Origin: a virus
Taxonomy: Duplodnaviria > Caudoviricetes
Reading direction: 5' to 3' (one strand)
Virus record (IMG/VR): IMGVR_UViG_3300033120_000868
Coordinates: 32,001-96,000 of that record
Length of the DNA: 64,000 nucleotides
Each line of letters begins with the position of its first letter. The first letter of the stretch is position 1. A program made the translations under genes and the position numbers. Below are positions 29,319 to 39,668 of the stretch, one piece after another. The notes below the pieces were generated by a model. The model saw only the letters and a list, made by a program, of their open reading frames with translations. It made no database searches and was not told the origin of the DNA.

Positions 29319-32300
29319 AAATTACACCTGCCTTTGCTAAAAGTGGAATGGATAAAGACACACATCCTTCACTATTAGATGAAGCTAAATATACCCACGC
29401 AAAAAATGCTAATATAGAGAACGAAAGCGGAGGTCTAATGAACCTTTCAACTGAGCATTCAAATATATTAGCAAGTAAATTTAAAGAAGGTTTTAGAGTA
29501 ATTCACGCTCAAAACGATATTAATTCAAATAATACGTACTTCTTTTTAGTAAACCCTACAACAGGAACAGGAGAGTTTGGAGTAATAGAAAACACTCAAA
29601 ACATTTTAGATTTAGAAGATTTAACAGTTGATTGTAACAATTGTAATTATATAAACGAATTATCTACTCCTTTAGAAAATATTAGTCAAACATCTTTACA
29701 ATCTTATACAACTTTAATATCAGATGCGTGTAAAACAGATAAAACAGAAGGTTTTAACTTTAATATTTTAAACCCTATAAAAACATCTGTAATAAAAAAT
29801 GAAAAGTTAGGTACAACTATATATTTCTCTCAAAAAGGAAATCCTCCAAGATATATAAATATAAGTAGAATAAGTGATTATTTTACTCAAGAAGTTATCT
29901 GTGGAGATGATATAACTTTGACATGTCCTGATTTTGAAAAAATGCTTATTTTTGAACCTCACTCTATACCTAAAATAGAAACCTCTTCTATTGAATTAGG
30001 AGGAAATTTAAAAAGAGGTATTTATGAATTTGCAGTAGCTTTATGTGATTCCGCTGGTAATGTTAGGTCAGAGTACTATAGTAATACAATACCTACACCT
30101 ATATTTGACCAAAATGAAAGAATCTTAGAACAGTCACAATTAGCAGATAGAACAAATTTTAGTATTAAACTAAAAGTATCTAATTTAGATACAAGATTTA
30201 CGCACTATAAAGTAGCTGTAATCCAAACAGCCGATATAGAAGGAGCTGTAAGTTATTATGAAGTAGGGGTGTTTCCAATATCTACAGACACTATAACCTA
30301 CACAACAGAGCAAGGTAAAAAGTCGACTAGTATAGATGAAATAGCAAGACCATATTTATTTATAGAAGAAGCTGAAAATGTAACGACAGCTAACAATATT
30401 TTATATCAATATGGTTTGAAACAAAAAGCTTTCTTAAATTTACAACCAGTAGTTAATTTTATGGGGGAGTTTTTTAAGTGGCAAACACATATAGCTCCTG
30501 AAAATATTTATGAAAATGGAGTACTAGCATCTAAGTTTACTGGATATCAAAGAGATGAAGTTTATCCTTTAGGTATAAGATTTTTATTAGATGGAGGTAT
30601 TGTTACACCAACATACCCTTTAATAGGGAGACAAATAAAAACAGGTGAGAATGCAGTTATTAATAATGCGGATTCACAATCTATTGTAGATAATAAAACA
30701 GCTTGTATAACAAATGGCAGAGATAAAAGATGGCAACTGTATAACACAGCTACAGTTGACGAAGGTTTTTGTGTATCAGATATAGAAACTACAGAAATAA
30801 CAGAAGAAACAGTTAGATTTTGTGAAGTAGACGATGTAGCTACAGTTAGTTCAGGAACTTTCTCTATAACATTAAATCAACCTTTTACTACTTTTGAAGA
30901 TTATATTAATGACCAAAATAATAGAGATAATTGCGTTGACACTTTACCTACAGAAATATGCTCAGTTTTAGCTGATGACTATTCTTCATACACATGCCCT
31001 GATTTATTTATTGATTTAGATTGTACGGAAGGAGTTTTAGTAGAAGGTTCTGAACAAATATTAGCTACAGAGGTTTTAAACGAAGTAGTAACAAGAGTGC
31101 AAAAGGAGTTTCCGTCAGAGTATGTGAAACTAATACCTCCACAGAATTGTAGTATTTATTACAGAGATGAGAGTAATAATAAAGTGTCTGACAATACATT
31201 TGAGAGTCAATATGATTTTAGTAGTATATGGCAAAGAAATTCAGATATTATTAATGAAGATTGCTCTTACGCTAAAGAAATTTTACAAAATAGCAACACT
31301 TCTTCAGCTACTTATGAGGCAAACTATTTTAATTATGAAGGTTCATCTGATATAGATGATTTAATAACAAGTAAAGATTCTTACGTTACAGCAACAAATT
31401 TTAATACTAAAATACATGAAAAATCTTTATGGTTTAGTTTACCTGTTACAGAAGAAGAATTTATTTTAGATATTACAAAGCAAAAAGACGACAGTTCTGC
31501 TAACGACAGTTTTGACTTACTATCACAAGATGTAAGGTTTAATATACTTAAATCTTGTACATCAACAGCTTCTATTTTTTCAACTATTGTTGACATGAAT
31601 AGTGGAAGCCAAATATTATTTAAAAGAAGTGGTTCTGATTTAATAGTACAAGTTGATTCAAACACGCCTGTAACAATAGTAGGAGGATGGAGTTCTTCCC
31701 AATATATAATTGTAGCAGAGTCTAAATTACTGACTAAATCAATAAATATAGGAACAGAAATAGACCCTGTTTTAGTTACAAGATATGTGATAGCTCCCAC
31801 AAAAGGGTGTTTTTCAATAAGCAAAAGACCTGTAGAAGATAAAAGAGTAGATATAACTTGGGATAATATAACATTCAAAAAAATAGCTTCTTACTCAGCA
31901 ACCTGTACTTATGAACAACCTATAGTATCTGCATGTAATGCTATACCTTATAAGAAAGGAGACTTTTCATATTGGGAGAGCGAAGAAGTTTATCCTGATA
32001 ATCAATATTTATACGATTCAAGTAATCTTATAATTGAAAGTTCTGATTTCTCAACATTACAATTAAGAGAGAAATTTGAAGACATATTTACAGAAGGTAA
32101 TGTAGAAGGGGTATACCTATTAGGAGATAATACTGATTTAAGATGTAAAAATATCCGACATTTTAAAATGCCTGATAATGAAAAAGCCCCTTTCATATTA
32201 ACCAACACATTATCTCCTTTAGCAGACAGTTTAATTTTTCCATTAGGTATAACAGTTGATGAGAGAGTTATTGTAGATTTTTTAAACATAGCTGAAAAAA

Positions 32301-35300
32301 ATAATTTACTAAGCAAAAAAGATAGACAGAAAATAAAAAGTTATGAGATTGTAAGAGGTAACATGGGAGAGAACAGAAGTGTAATAGCTTCAGGACTTCT
32401 TTATGATATGAGACAATATTTTGATGAAGATGCAAAAAGGACTTTACATTATTCTAACTATCCTTATAATTCTTATAGAAACGATATATTCAACTTAGAT
32501 AGTAGTGGAAGCCCAATAACACATGAAGGTTGGGGAGACAGTAATACAAGATACACTTTCCACAGCCCTGAAACAGACTATAATAGACCTACAGTACCTT
32601 CAGAGCTATCTGTACAAGGCTTCTTATATGGAAATGCAAAAATTAATTTTGACGAAGTAAAAGGACACTCTAAATGGACAATGCTTTCAGGGAAAGCTAA
32701 AGATTTAGCAGGTATTTTAGCAGGACTTGAGGTAGGGGCAGAGATAGCTATTCAAGCTCTTCAAGCAACTTCTAATGCACAGGTTTGGACAATAGCTTAT
32801 GGGGGAACATCAACAGGTTTTGGATTTAGTGCAGGAGCACCAGCTTTCACAGCAGGAACAGCTATATCTATAATTGGAGCAACAACAGCAGCTTTATTTA
32901 AATGGGCTCAATATAGATATGAGTGGTTAACAACATTCAGAAATTTAGGAGCACCCCATAATTTTGCATATTACCAATTCTCTGAAGGTAAATACTCTAA
33001 TATAGGTTTTGGACAAACAGAGGGTCAAAAATTAAGGGGTTTAAATGTTGGAAAGTACTTAATGGAAGGTATGTACTCTAATACGAACCCAACAACAGGT
33101 GTCACTACACAAATAAATAATTTACATAGAGAGCGTTCTTTATATTTAGATTTAGGAAATCATCCTATAACTTATCCAACAACTTATAAAAATTATGATA
33201 AGTCTACAGGAAATAGCAGTCTAACTTATTTAGGAGAAAATGGGTTAAAACAAACAGGAAGAAGTAGTGATATTATAAGAAATATTGCATCTCCTTACTC
33301 CTATTTAAAAAACTATTTAAGCTCTCAACACGGTTCTATAAACTCAATAGTTTGGTTAAGTACAGGATATAGAGGAGATTTAGTAAATCCAAGCTCAGAT
33401 TGTTTGTCTATTTTTGGGGGTGATACATATATTACGCGTCATACTTTAAAAAGAAAGATGCCTCAGTTTTTATTAGATGCGGTAGATTTAGCAGATAAAA
33501 CTCCATTCAATTATTATCAATATAATAACATTGGTAAAAATCCTAAGTTTTATGTATCTTATAATTTAAATAAGGATGTTAACAGAAATGGAAGTTTATT
33601 GCCTGATATTGATGATGAGTATAACATGGACAACTTTGAAACAAGCGGTAACTACAGAACACCACCTTCTAAGTTTTACTTGTATCATTACGGAGTACCA
33701 AGTTTCTTATGTGAGAGCAGAATAAATTCTTCTTTGCGTTATGGAAAATTACAACCTGACCAAAATTTCTTCCCAAATGTAGGGGATATAGGAGATTGGA
33801 CACAAGAAAAAACTGTTAGTATAAGAAGACCTAATCAATTCTATTATCATTCAGTTTATTCAAGACCTATCAGCTCTTTAAGAGGAAAACTAACTCTTAA
33901 CCCTGATTATGACCCTGAAGTTTCAATAAAAAGAAATAATCAACAAAATGGTATATTAGCTTCAATGCCTGATAATAGCGAAAATGTTTTAGTAGACCCT
34001 TGGTTGATTTACAGACCTTTAGATTTATTTGAGTTCCCAACAGACTTTGGAAAGTTAAAAAGTATATCTCAATTAGAAAACGAAGCTATTTTAGTTAGAT
34101 TTGAGAATACTAATGTTGTTTACAATAAAGTAGATTATACTAATGATGATGGTCAAACACCATCTACAGCTTTTGTAGGAGGAGTAAACACATTTCAAAG
34201 AAGAAGCTCATCTTTTGTAAACGCTGAAATAGGTTTCGGAGGAACTCAAAATACAACCTCAGTTAGTTGCGAAGCAGGACATTTTCACGTAGACGCTAAA
34301 AGAGGTCAAGTTATTCAAGTTATGCCAGGAGGACAAGGTTCTGAAGAGATATCAGCTATTATTGGTGGAAAACCTTCAGGAATGAGAAATTGGTTCAAAC
34401 AGCACTTACCATTTAAAATTCAAAAATATTTTAAAGATATTGATATAGATAATAATTTCAATGGTGTTGGAATATCAATGGGATGGGATTCAAGATTTAG
34501 AAGGTTATTTATAACTAAAAAAGATTATATTCCATTAAACAGTAATATTGAATTAATAGATGGCTTGTTCTACTTAGGAGAAGTACAAATTGATATAACA
34601 AATAAACAATATTTTAAAGATGTTTCTTGGACAATAGCTTATTCACCTGTACTAGGAAGTTGGATGAGTTTCTATGATTTTAAACCTAATTATTACATTA
34701 ATCATCAGAACTACTTCCAAACAGGTGTAAATTCTATAAATGCAGATTTTGGATTATGGTCACATTTATTAACTAATAAATCTTACTTAGTTTTTTATGG
34801 TAAAAAGTACAGTTTTGATGTTGAATATGTAACTAAGTCAGAACAAATCACTAAGAAGTTTAATAATGTAGAATTATGGACAGAAGCTAAAAGGTATCAT
34901 AACGCGTATGATTTTGCATTCAGCCCTGAGATAACATTCAATAAAGTGATGATTCACAATAACACAACATGTTCAGGAGATTTAAATTTAATTCCGCAAA
35001 AAAATAACTTATTTAGAAACAGAGATTATCCTAAGACAAATGCTAACAACACTCAGGATATTCTAATAACTAATAAAGATAATTTTAAGTGGGCTTTTGA
35101 TTATTTCTTTAACCGCGTAAAATCAAATGTAACAAACCAACCTTTTATTCTAAATGATGAAAATCAAATAGAAAAAGAAGTTAATCCTCAAGCAGTATCT
35201 TTTAAAGGAAAACGTTTGTTAGATAGACTTGAAGGAGATTGGAATTTAGTTAGATTGAAGTATGATAAAGATTCAAGATATCACTTAAACTTTAAGTTTT

Positions 35301-35323
35301 CTTTGAACGAACAGAATATTTAA
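29306..35323 (+). CDS. Tail stabilisation/muzzle protein (P22 gp10-like)
   Basis: GMDKDTHPS...YTHAKNAN, GYQRDEVYPLGIRF, FGGDTYITR, SWTIAYSP...WMSFYDFKP. Confidence 0.85.
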   Translation: MEKIKITPAFAKSGMDKDTHPSLLDEAKYTHAKNANIENESGGLMNLSTEHSNILASKFKEGFRVIHAQNDINSNNTYFFLVNPTTGTGEFGVIENTQNILDLEDLTVDCNNCNYINELSTPLENISQTSLQSYTTLISDACKTDKTEGFNFNILNPIKTSVIKNEKLGTTIYFSQKGNPPRYINISRISDYFTQEVICGDDITLTCPDFEKMLIFEPHSIPKIETSSIELGGNLKRGIYEFAVALCDSAGNVRSEYYSNTIPTPIFDQNERILEQSQLADRTNFSIKLKVSNLDTRFTHYKVAVIQTADIEGAVSYYEVGVFPISTDTITYTTEQGKKSTSIDEIARPYLFIEEAENVTTANNILYQYGLKQKAFLNLQPVVNFMGEFFKWQTHIAPENIYENGVLASKFTGYQRDEVYPLGIRFLLDGGIVTPTYPLIGRQIKTGENAVINNADSQSIVDNKTACITNGRDKRWQLYNTATVDEGFCVSDIETTEITEETVRFCEVDDVATVSSGTFSITLNQPFTTFEDYINDQNNRDNCVDTLPTEICSVLADDYSSYTCPDLFIDLDCTEGVLVEGSEQILATEVLNEVVTRVQKEFPSEYVKLIPPQNCSIYYRDESNNKVSDNTFESQYDFSSIWQRNSDIINEDCSYAKEILQNSNTSSATYEANYFNYEGSSDIDDLITSKDSYVTATNFNTKIHEKSLWFSLPVTEEEFILDITKQKDDSSANDSFDLLSQDVRFNILKSCTSTASIFSTIVDMNSGSQILFKRSGSDLIVQVDSNTPVTIVGGWSSSQYIIVAESKLLTKSINIGTEIDPVLVTRYVIAPTKGCFSISKRPVEDKRVDITWDNITFKKIASYSATCTYEQPIVSACNAIPYKKGDFSYWESEEVYPDNQYLYDSSNLIIESSDFSTLQLREKFEDIFTEGNVEGVYLLGDNTDLRCKNIRHFKMPDNEKAPFILTNTLSPLADSLIFPLGITVDERVIVDFLNIAEKNNLLSKKDRQKIKSYEIVRGNMGENRSVIASGLLYDMRQYFDEDAKRTLHYSNYPYNSYRNDIFNLDSSGSPITHEGWGDSNTRYTFHSPETDYNRPTVPSELSVQGFLYGNAKINFDEVKGHSKWTMLSGKAKDLAGILAGLEVGAEIAIQALQATSNAQVWTIAYGGTSTGFGFSAGAPAFTAGTAISIIGATTAALFKWAQYRYEWLTTFRNLGAPHNFAYYQFSEGKYSNIGFGQTEGQKLRGLNVGKYLMEGMYSNTNPTTGVTTQINNLHRERSLYLDLGNHPITYPTTYKNYDKSTGNSSLTYLGENGLKQTGRSSDIIRNIASPYSYLKNYLSSQHGSINSIVWLSTGYRGDLVNPSSDCLSIFGGDTYITRHTLKRKMPQFLLDAVDLADKTPFNYYQYNNIGKNPKFYVSYNLNKDVNRNGSLLPDIDDEYNMDNFETSGNYRTPPSKFYLYHYGVPSFLCESRINSSLRYGKLQPDQNFFPNVGDIGDWTQEKTVSIRRPNQFYYHSVYSRPISSLRGKLTLNPDYDPEVSIKRNNQQNGILASMPDNSENVLVDPWLIYRPLDLFEFPTDFGKLKSISQLENEAILVRFENTNVVYNKVDYTNDDGQTPSTAFVGGVNTFQRRSSSFVNAEIGFGGTQNTTSVSCEAGHFHVDAKRGQVIQVMPGGQGSEEISAIIGGKPSGMRNWFKQHLPFKIQKYFKDIDIDNNFNGVGISMGWDSRFRRLFITKKDYIPLNSNIELIDGLFYLGEVQIDITNKQYFKDVSWTIAYSPVLGSWMSFYDFKPNYYINHQNYFQTGVNSINADFGLWSHLLTNKSYLVFYGKKYSFDVEYVTKSEQITKKFNNVELWTEAKRYHNAYDFAFSPEITFNKVMIHNNTTCSGDLNLIPQKNNLFRNRDYPKTNANNTQDILITNKDNFKWAFDYFFNRVKSNVTNQPFILNDENQIEKEVNPQAVSFKGKRLLDRLEGDWNLVRLKYDKDSRYHLNFKFSLNEQNI

Positions 35324-35359
35324 CTAATTTGTATAAATTAATATTTTTTTGTAATTTTG
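35321..35359 (+). promoter_or_regulatory. TAACTAATTT-class promoter (cargo genes)
   Basis: TAACTAATTTG 35321; TAATTTTG 35352. Confidence 0.75.
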
Positions 35360-35401
35360 CCCCTTAGATTAATACCCTTTGGGGCATTTTTTATTATACA
35401 A

Positions 35402-36355
35402 ATGGGAGAAATAAAAGATAAAATATCAAAAGTAGAAAGCGGTAATAACTATAAAGCTGTAAACAAAGCGAGTAATGCAAGTGGAAAATATCAGTTTGTA
35501 CGCAGTACTTGGGAAGGCTTAGGTTACGATTGGGATAAAAGGTTCGATGAAAAGTTGCAAGAAGAGGCTATGGCTAAACTAACTTCTTTGAATAAGAATG
35601 CTTTTATAAGCAAGTTTAAAACAGAACCTACAGACTCAGATTTATATGGAATGCACTTTTTAGGAACGGCAGGATATTCAAAAGTAAAACAAGCTAACCC
35701 TAACACTCCTATAAGCGAATTAATAAAAGGGCAAGCTTATAACTTAAATAAAAATGTATTTGAAAAAAATGGACGACCTATAACTGTATCAGAATTTAAT
35801 GGGTGGCTAACTAAAAAAATGGGAACAGGTGTTTCTCAAGTAAATAGCCAAACAACTTCACAAGAACAACCTCAAGTAGGATATGTAGGTATGTTACCAA
35901 ACGGACTACCTGAAGTTTATGGACAACCTTACGTCGCGGAAGAAAAGGTTAAAGAAGAAGAAACAGCAGAAGCCTCAAAAAGAACAGATAATGCTAATAA
36001 ATTAGGATTTGTAGCAGACTACGAAGAATTAGCAAAACAATATGAGCAACAACTACAAGCTCAACAAAAACCAATACTACAACAAGAAATAGTAGAAGGA
36101 GTACAATACCAACCTATTCAACAAGAGTTTCAAGAAGGAGGAGTAAAAATAGACCCACAAGGGTATTGGAATCCTGATAATGAAGGTAAGCCCGTAATTA
36201 TACCAAGCCCCTCAATAACAACTAAAGGAATTAGCTACCCGATTTATGGCAAATCACTAGAAACAGGCGAGGTAAAATTAATGACTCCAAATAATGAATA
36301 TTTTTTCGCAAACACAAAAAACGTATTAGAAACGCCAATTTATGAAAAAAAATAA
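35402..36355 (+). CDS. Virion lysozyme-fold muramidase/lytic transglycosylase with C-terminal module
   Basis: KVESGNNYKAVN...ASGKYQF...TW...QE...Y.MHFLG; ATG at 35402. Confidence 0.8.
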   Translation: MGEIKDKISKVESGNNYKAVNKASNASGKYQFVRSTWEGLGYDWDKRFDEKLQEEAMAKLTSLNKNAFISKFKTEPTDSDLYGMHFLGTAGYSKVKQANPNTPISELIKGQAYNLNKNVFEKNGRPITVSEFNGWLTKKMGTGVSQVNSQTTSQEQPQVGYVGMLPNGLPEVYGQPYVAEEKVKEEETAEASKRTDNANKLGFVADYEELAKQYEQQLQAQQKPILQQEIVEGVQYQPIQQEFQEGGVKIDPQGYWNPDNEGKPVIIPSPSITTKGISYPIYGKSLETGEVKLMTPNNEYFFANTKNVLETPIYEKK

Positions 36356-39300
36356 AAAACAAAGATTTATATCTGATAAAATTTCAGAATTAAAAAAACA
36401 AGGTAAAAATCAACAAGAAAGTATTGCGATAGCTTTGAGCATGGCTGAAAACATGTTACAAAAAGGTGGTACATCTACAAATATAAATGAAGTTATAACA
36501 GAGGCTAATAAGATTAACTCCTCATACAGACCTATTAAAAAAATACAAAGAGGTGTAACTAACAGTAAAGGACAAGAAGGAGTATACTACTACTATGAAA
36601 AAGTTCCAGGAGACCCAGGATTTGACCCAAGTATTCACAGAGATTTTGTAACAAATCAAAGTATGGCGGAGCAAACTTTTAAAACAATTGAGCCTGAACT
36701 TTATAACCCTGAATTAGAAAAATATAGACAATTAACATCTTTAAAAGAAGGAGGAGAGTTACCTAAATATCAAAATAGAGCTATTATACAACCCAACAGT
36801 AGTTTTTTTAAAGGGTATGATTTTAGTAACCCAATAAAATTAGAAAAACAGTATCCTACTACTACATATAATCCAGGAACTTTTAATTTTTCAGAACAAT
36901 CTCAGCAAAAATATTATGTACCAGGACAACTTAATTTAAATAGTAGTTGGGAACAACCAATACCAACAGCTGTTAACACACCTGTTGTTGAACAACCTAC
37001 CTATACAGATAAAAACATTCAACAAAGCAAGCCTTCTTACTATGTTAATTCAAATGAAGAAAATGAAGTAATTACACCTGTCCAAGATAAATACACCAAA
37101 ACAGAAGAGGATATTGTAAAATCAAATCTGCAAGTGACAGGAGATACTAATAATTATTCACAAGAAAATATTATTGAAACACCTCAATTTGAGAGACAAA
37201 CTCCACCAATTCAATTTGCAAATCCTTATGGAGGGGTGGATTTAAATACGGCTTCAGCTTTATTTGGACAGTCATTGCAACAAGGAGATACTTTAATGGG
37301 AGTAGCTAGCGGAGCTAAATTAGGTTTAGGATTAGCAAGAAACTTTATGTCAGGATATTCGGCAGGAGTTGACAGAAATAGAGTATTAAACGACTATAGC
37401 TCAAACATGCGTAATGCTATGACAGGAGCTGAGACACCTGTGCAATTTCAAGAAGGTGGTACAGCTAATGAGCAAGACCAATTATTACAACAAATAGCTA
37501 TGATGCTTCAGCAGGGAGCTCAGCCTGAGCAAATAATGCAAGAGCTTATAAATATGGGTATGCCTGAGCAAGAAGCTATACAAGCAATTCAAATGGTTAT
37601 GCAACAAGTTCAAGCTCCACAACAAGAGCAAATGATGCAAGACGGTGGGGTTGCAAGGCAAGAAGAAGTACCTGTTGAAATGGCAAATGCAGAGATTGAA
37701 GATGGAGAGTATGTTCAAGATACAGAAGGTGTAAAATATGCAGAAGGAGCTAAACACTCTGAAGGAGGTATTCCAACACAATTAGAAAACGGTGCAAGAG
37801 TTTTATCAGATTATAAAAAAGTAGGGAAAGATTTATCGAAACAATTTTCTGAGCAGTTAGGGTTTGAAGTAAAAGCTTCTGATACTTTTGCAACAGTTTT
37901 AGATAAGTTTAATAGAAAAGAGGAGTTTGATAAAAAATTAAAGCATTTAGATGAGTACGCAGATAAAATGGAGAAACAAGAAAAAATTGTAAAACATGAC
38001 GCTACTTTAGCTTTAAATAAGCAGATTTTAATAGAAGAGGCTCAAGAAGATACTCAAAAATTACAAGAACTTGTAAAACAACAAGAAGGTTTATTCAACA
38101 TGCTATTTGAAGCTCAAGAAGCTACAAAAGTAATGGAAGAGGGTGGAAATTATATGCAAAATGGAGGAACAGTAAATGACTTAATGGCTAAGTATAATAT
38201 CTCAGCAGAAGAAGCCACAAAGTTAATTCCTTCGATGCAAGATGCAGGTACTTTTAATATAGATAAATTTGGAAATTCTACAAACTTTCAAAATTTAACA
38301 GATGCTGCTACATTAGGAAAAATGTATGGTGAAGCTAGAAAATACACACCTGAAGAAAAAGAGGCAATTAAAAAATACTACCAAACAGTTGTAAAAGATG
38401 CAAACTCATTAAAAGTATTAAATGATAGGCTAGACAACGACACTTTAGTGTATAATGAAAATTTATTAAAAGAGGTTCAAACCAATAAAGATATACCTCT
38501 TCAGTATCAGTCAGAAACAGAAAAAAATCTATTTGGAGTACAAACAGACAGCAGATTAAAAGATTATTTATATGCAAGTGACTTTGAAAGAAAATTTGGA
38601 AGACCTTTTGGTTCATCTCCTGAAGATGAATCTTTAATTTATAAAGAAATTATCTCTGCATTAGAAAAAGAGGGTGTAAAATATCATGGCTCTCCTGTTA
38701 CTAATAAAGGTACAGAGTTATTTGGAGACGTAAATGCAGGGAAACCTAAATTTGTAAAAGAGATGTCTGCTAATAAAGAATACTCTTTGGACGCAGGACT
38801 ATATAAAAAAGCAACACCTGAAGAAAAAGAAGCTATTGCAAGAAGTTTAGGAGTAGACAAGGGTATCTTAGACCAGGAAGCTAATAAAATAACAACAGGT
38901 TTTATAAAATTTAAACCACAAGGCGAGACAGCACCATCAAGTACAGCAACAGTAGCAGAAACACCTATGGAAATACCTACTACACCTGTAGTAGACGTGG
39001 CACAAGATAAGAATAGAATGGCGTTTTTAAATCTACCTGACCAAACACCAATGTTACCATGGGCTATGCAAGCTCCTGCTATGACAAGACAGACTATTTA
39101 TGCTCCAAGATGGAATGAAATCTCACCTGAACAGCAATTAACAGATATTCAAAGAGGTAGAGTAGCAACAGCAGAACAGTTATCTTTTTTACCTGATTCT
39201 CAACAAGCCTCTTCTTTATTTGCTTTAGACGCTAATGCTACGTCGGCACAAAATAAAGTAAGGTCAGAGACAGAGCGTTACAACCAAATGGCAAGAGAAA

Positions 39301-39632
39301 GAACAGAAGCGGCAGAAGCAGACCAAAAAACAAGACAGTCAGCAGCAGATGTGGTAGCAGCTCAAACTTATCAGCAACAATTAGGAAATGAGTTAGAGAG
39401 TAATGAGGCTGATTGGCGCTCATGGTACAATCGTGTTCAAAGTAATCAGATGAATAATTATCTAACTACCAACGAGTATAATAGAAGTAACGCTTTTAAT
39501 CCTGATGTACAGTTCACAGGACAAGGATATGAAGTTATAAATACTCCAACCTACTCTGTAGATTCTGCAAAGATTCCTATGACACAAGAACCAACTAAAA
39601 AGAAAAAATCTACAAAAAGATTTGGAAAATAA
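36342..39632 (+). CDS. Internal virion (cargo) protein with repeated QxGG motifs
   Basis: 1096 aa, low complexity, no Cys; NAEIEDGE...GAKHSEGGI domain; follows muzzle. Confidence 0.7.
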   Translation: MKKNKKQRFISDKISELKKQGKNQQESIAIALSMAENMLQKGGTSTNINEVITEANKINSSYRPIKKIQRGVTNSKGQEGVYYYYEKVPGDPGFDPSIHRDFVTNQSMAEQTFKTIEPELYNPELEKYRQLTSLKEGGELPKYQNRAIIQPNSSFFKGYDFSNPIKLEKQYPTTTYNPGTFNFSEQSQQKYYVPGQLNLNSSWEQPIPTAVNTPVVEQPTYTDKNIQQSKPSYYVNSNEENEVITPVQDKYTKTEEDIVKSNLQVTGDTNNYSQENIIETPQFERQTPPIQFANPYGGVDLNTASALFGQSLQQGDTLMGVASGAKLGLGLARNFMSGYSAGVDRNRVLNDYSSNMRNAMTGAETPVQFQEGGTANEQDQLLQQIAMMLQQGAQPEQIMQELINMGMPEQEAIQAIQMVMQQVQAPQQEQMMQDGGVARQEEVPVEMANAEIEDGEYVQDTEGVKYAEGAKHSEGGIPTQLENGARVLSDYKKVGKDLSKQFSEQLGFEVKASDTFATVLDKFNRKEEFDKKLKHLDEYADKMEKQEKIVKHDATLALNKQILIEEAQEDTQKLQELVKQQEGLFNMLFEAQEATKVMEEGGNYMQNGGTVNDLMAKYNISAEEATKLIPSMQDAGTFNIDKFGNSTNFQNLTDAATLGKMYGEARKYTPEEKEAIKKYYQTVVKDANSLKVLNDRLDNDTLVYNENLLKEVQTNKDIPLQYQSETEKNLFGVQTDSRLKDYLYASDFERKFGRPFGSSPEDESLIYKEIISALEKEGVKYHGSPVTNKGTELFGDVNAGKPKFVKEMSANKEYSLDAGLYKKATPEEKEAIARSLGVDKGILDQEANKITTGFIKFKPQGETAPSSTATVAETPMEIPTTPVVDVAQDKNRMAFLNLPDQTPMLPWAMQAPAMTRQTIYAPRWNEISPEQQLTDIQRGRVATAEQLSFLPDSQQASSLFALDANATSAQNKVRSETERYNQMARERTEAAEADQKTRQSAADVVAAQTYQQQLGNELESNEADWRSWYNRVQSNQMNNYLTTNEYNRSNAFNPDVQFTGQGYEVINTPTYSVDSAKIPMTQEPTKKKKSTKRFGK

Positions 39633-39652
39633 AAATAAAAGTAGTAACTTTG
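39621..39652 (+). promoter_or_regulatory. Plain Bacteroidota-type promoter
   Basis: TTTG 39621, TAACTTTG 39645; no TAACTAATTT box. Confidence 0.55.
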
Positions 39653-39668
39653 CAAAAAAGATATAATT

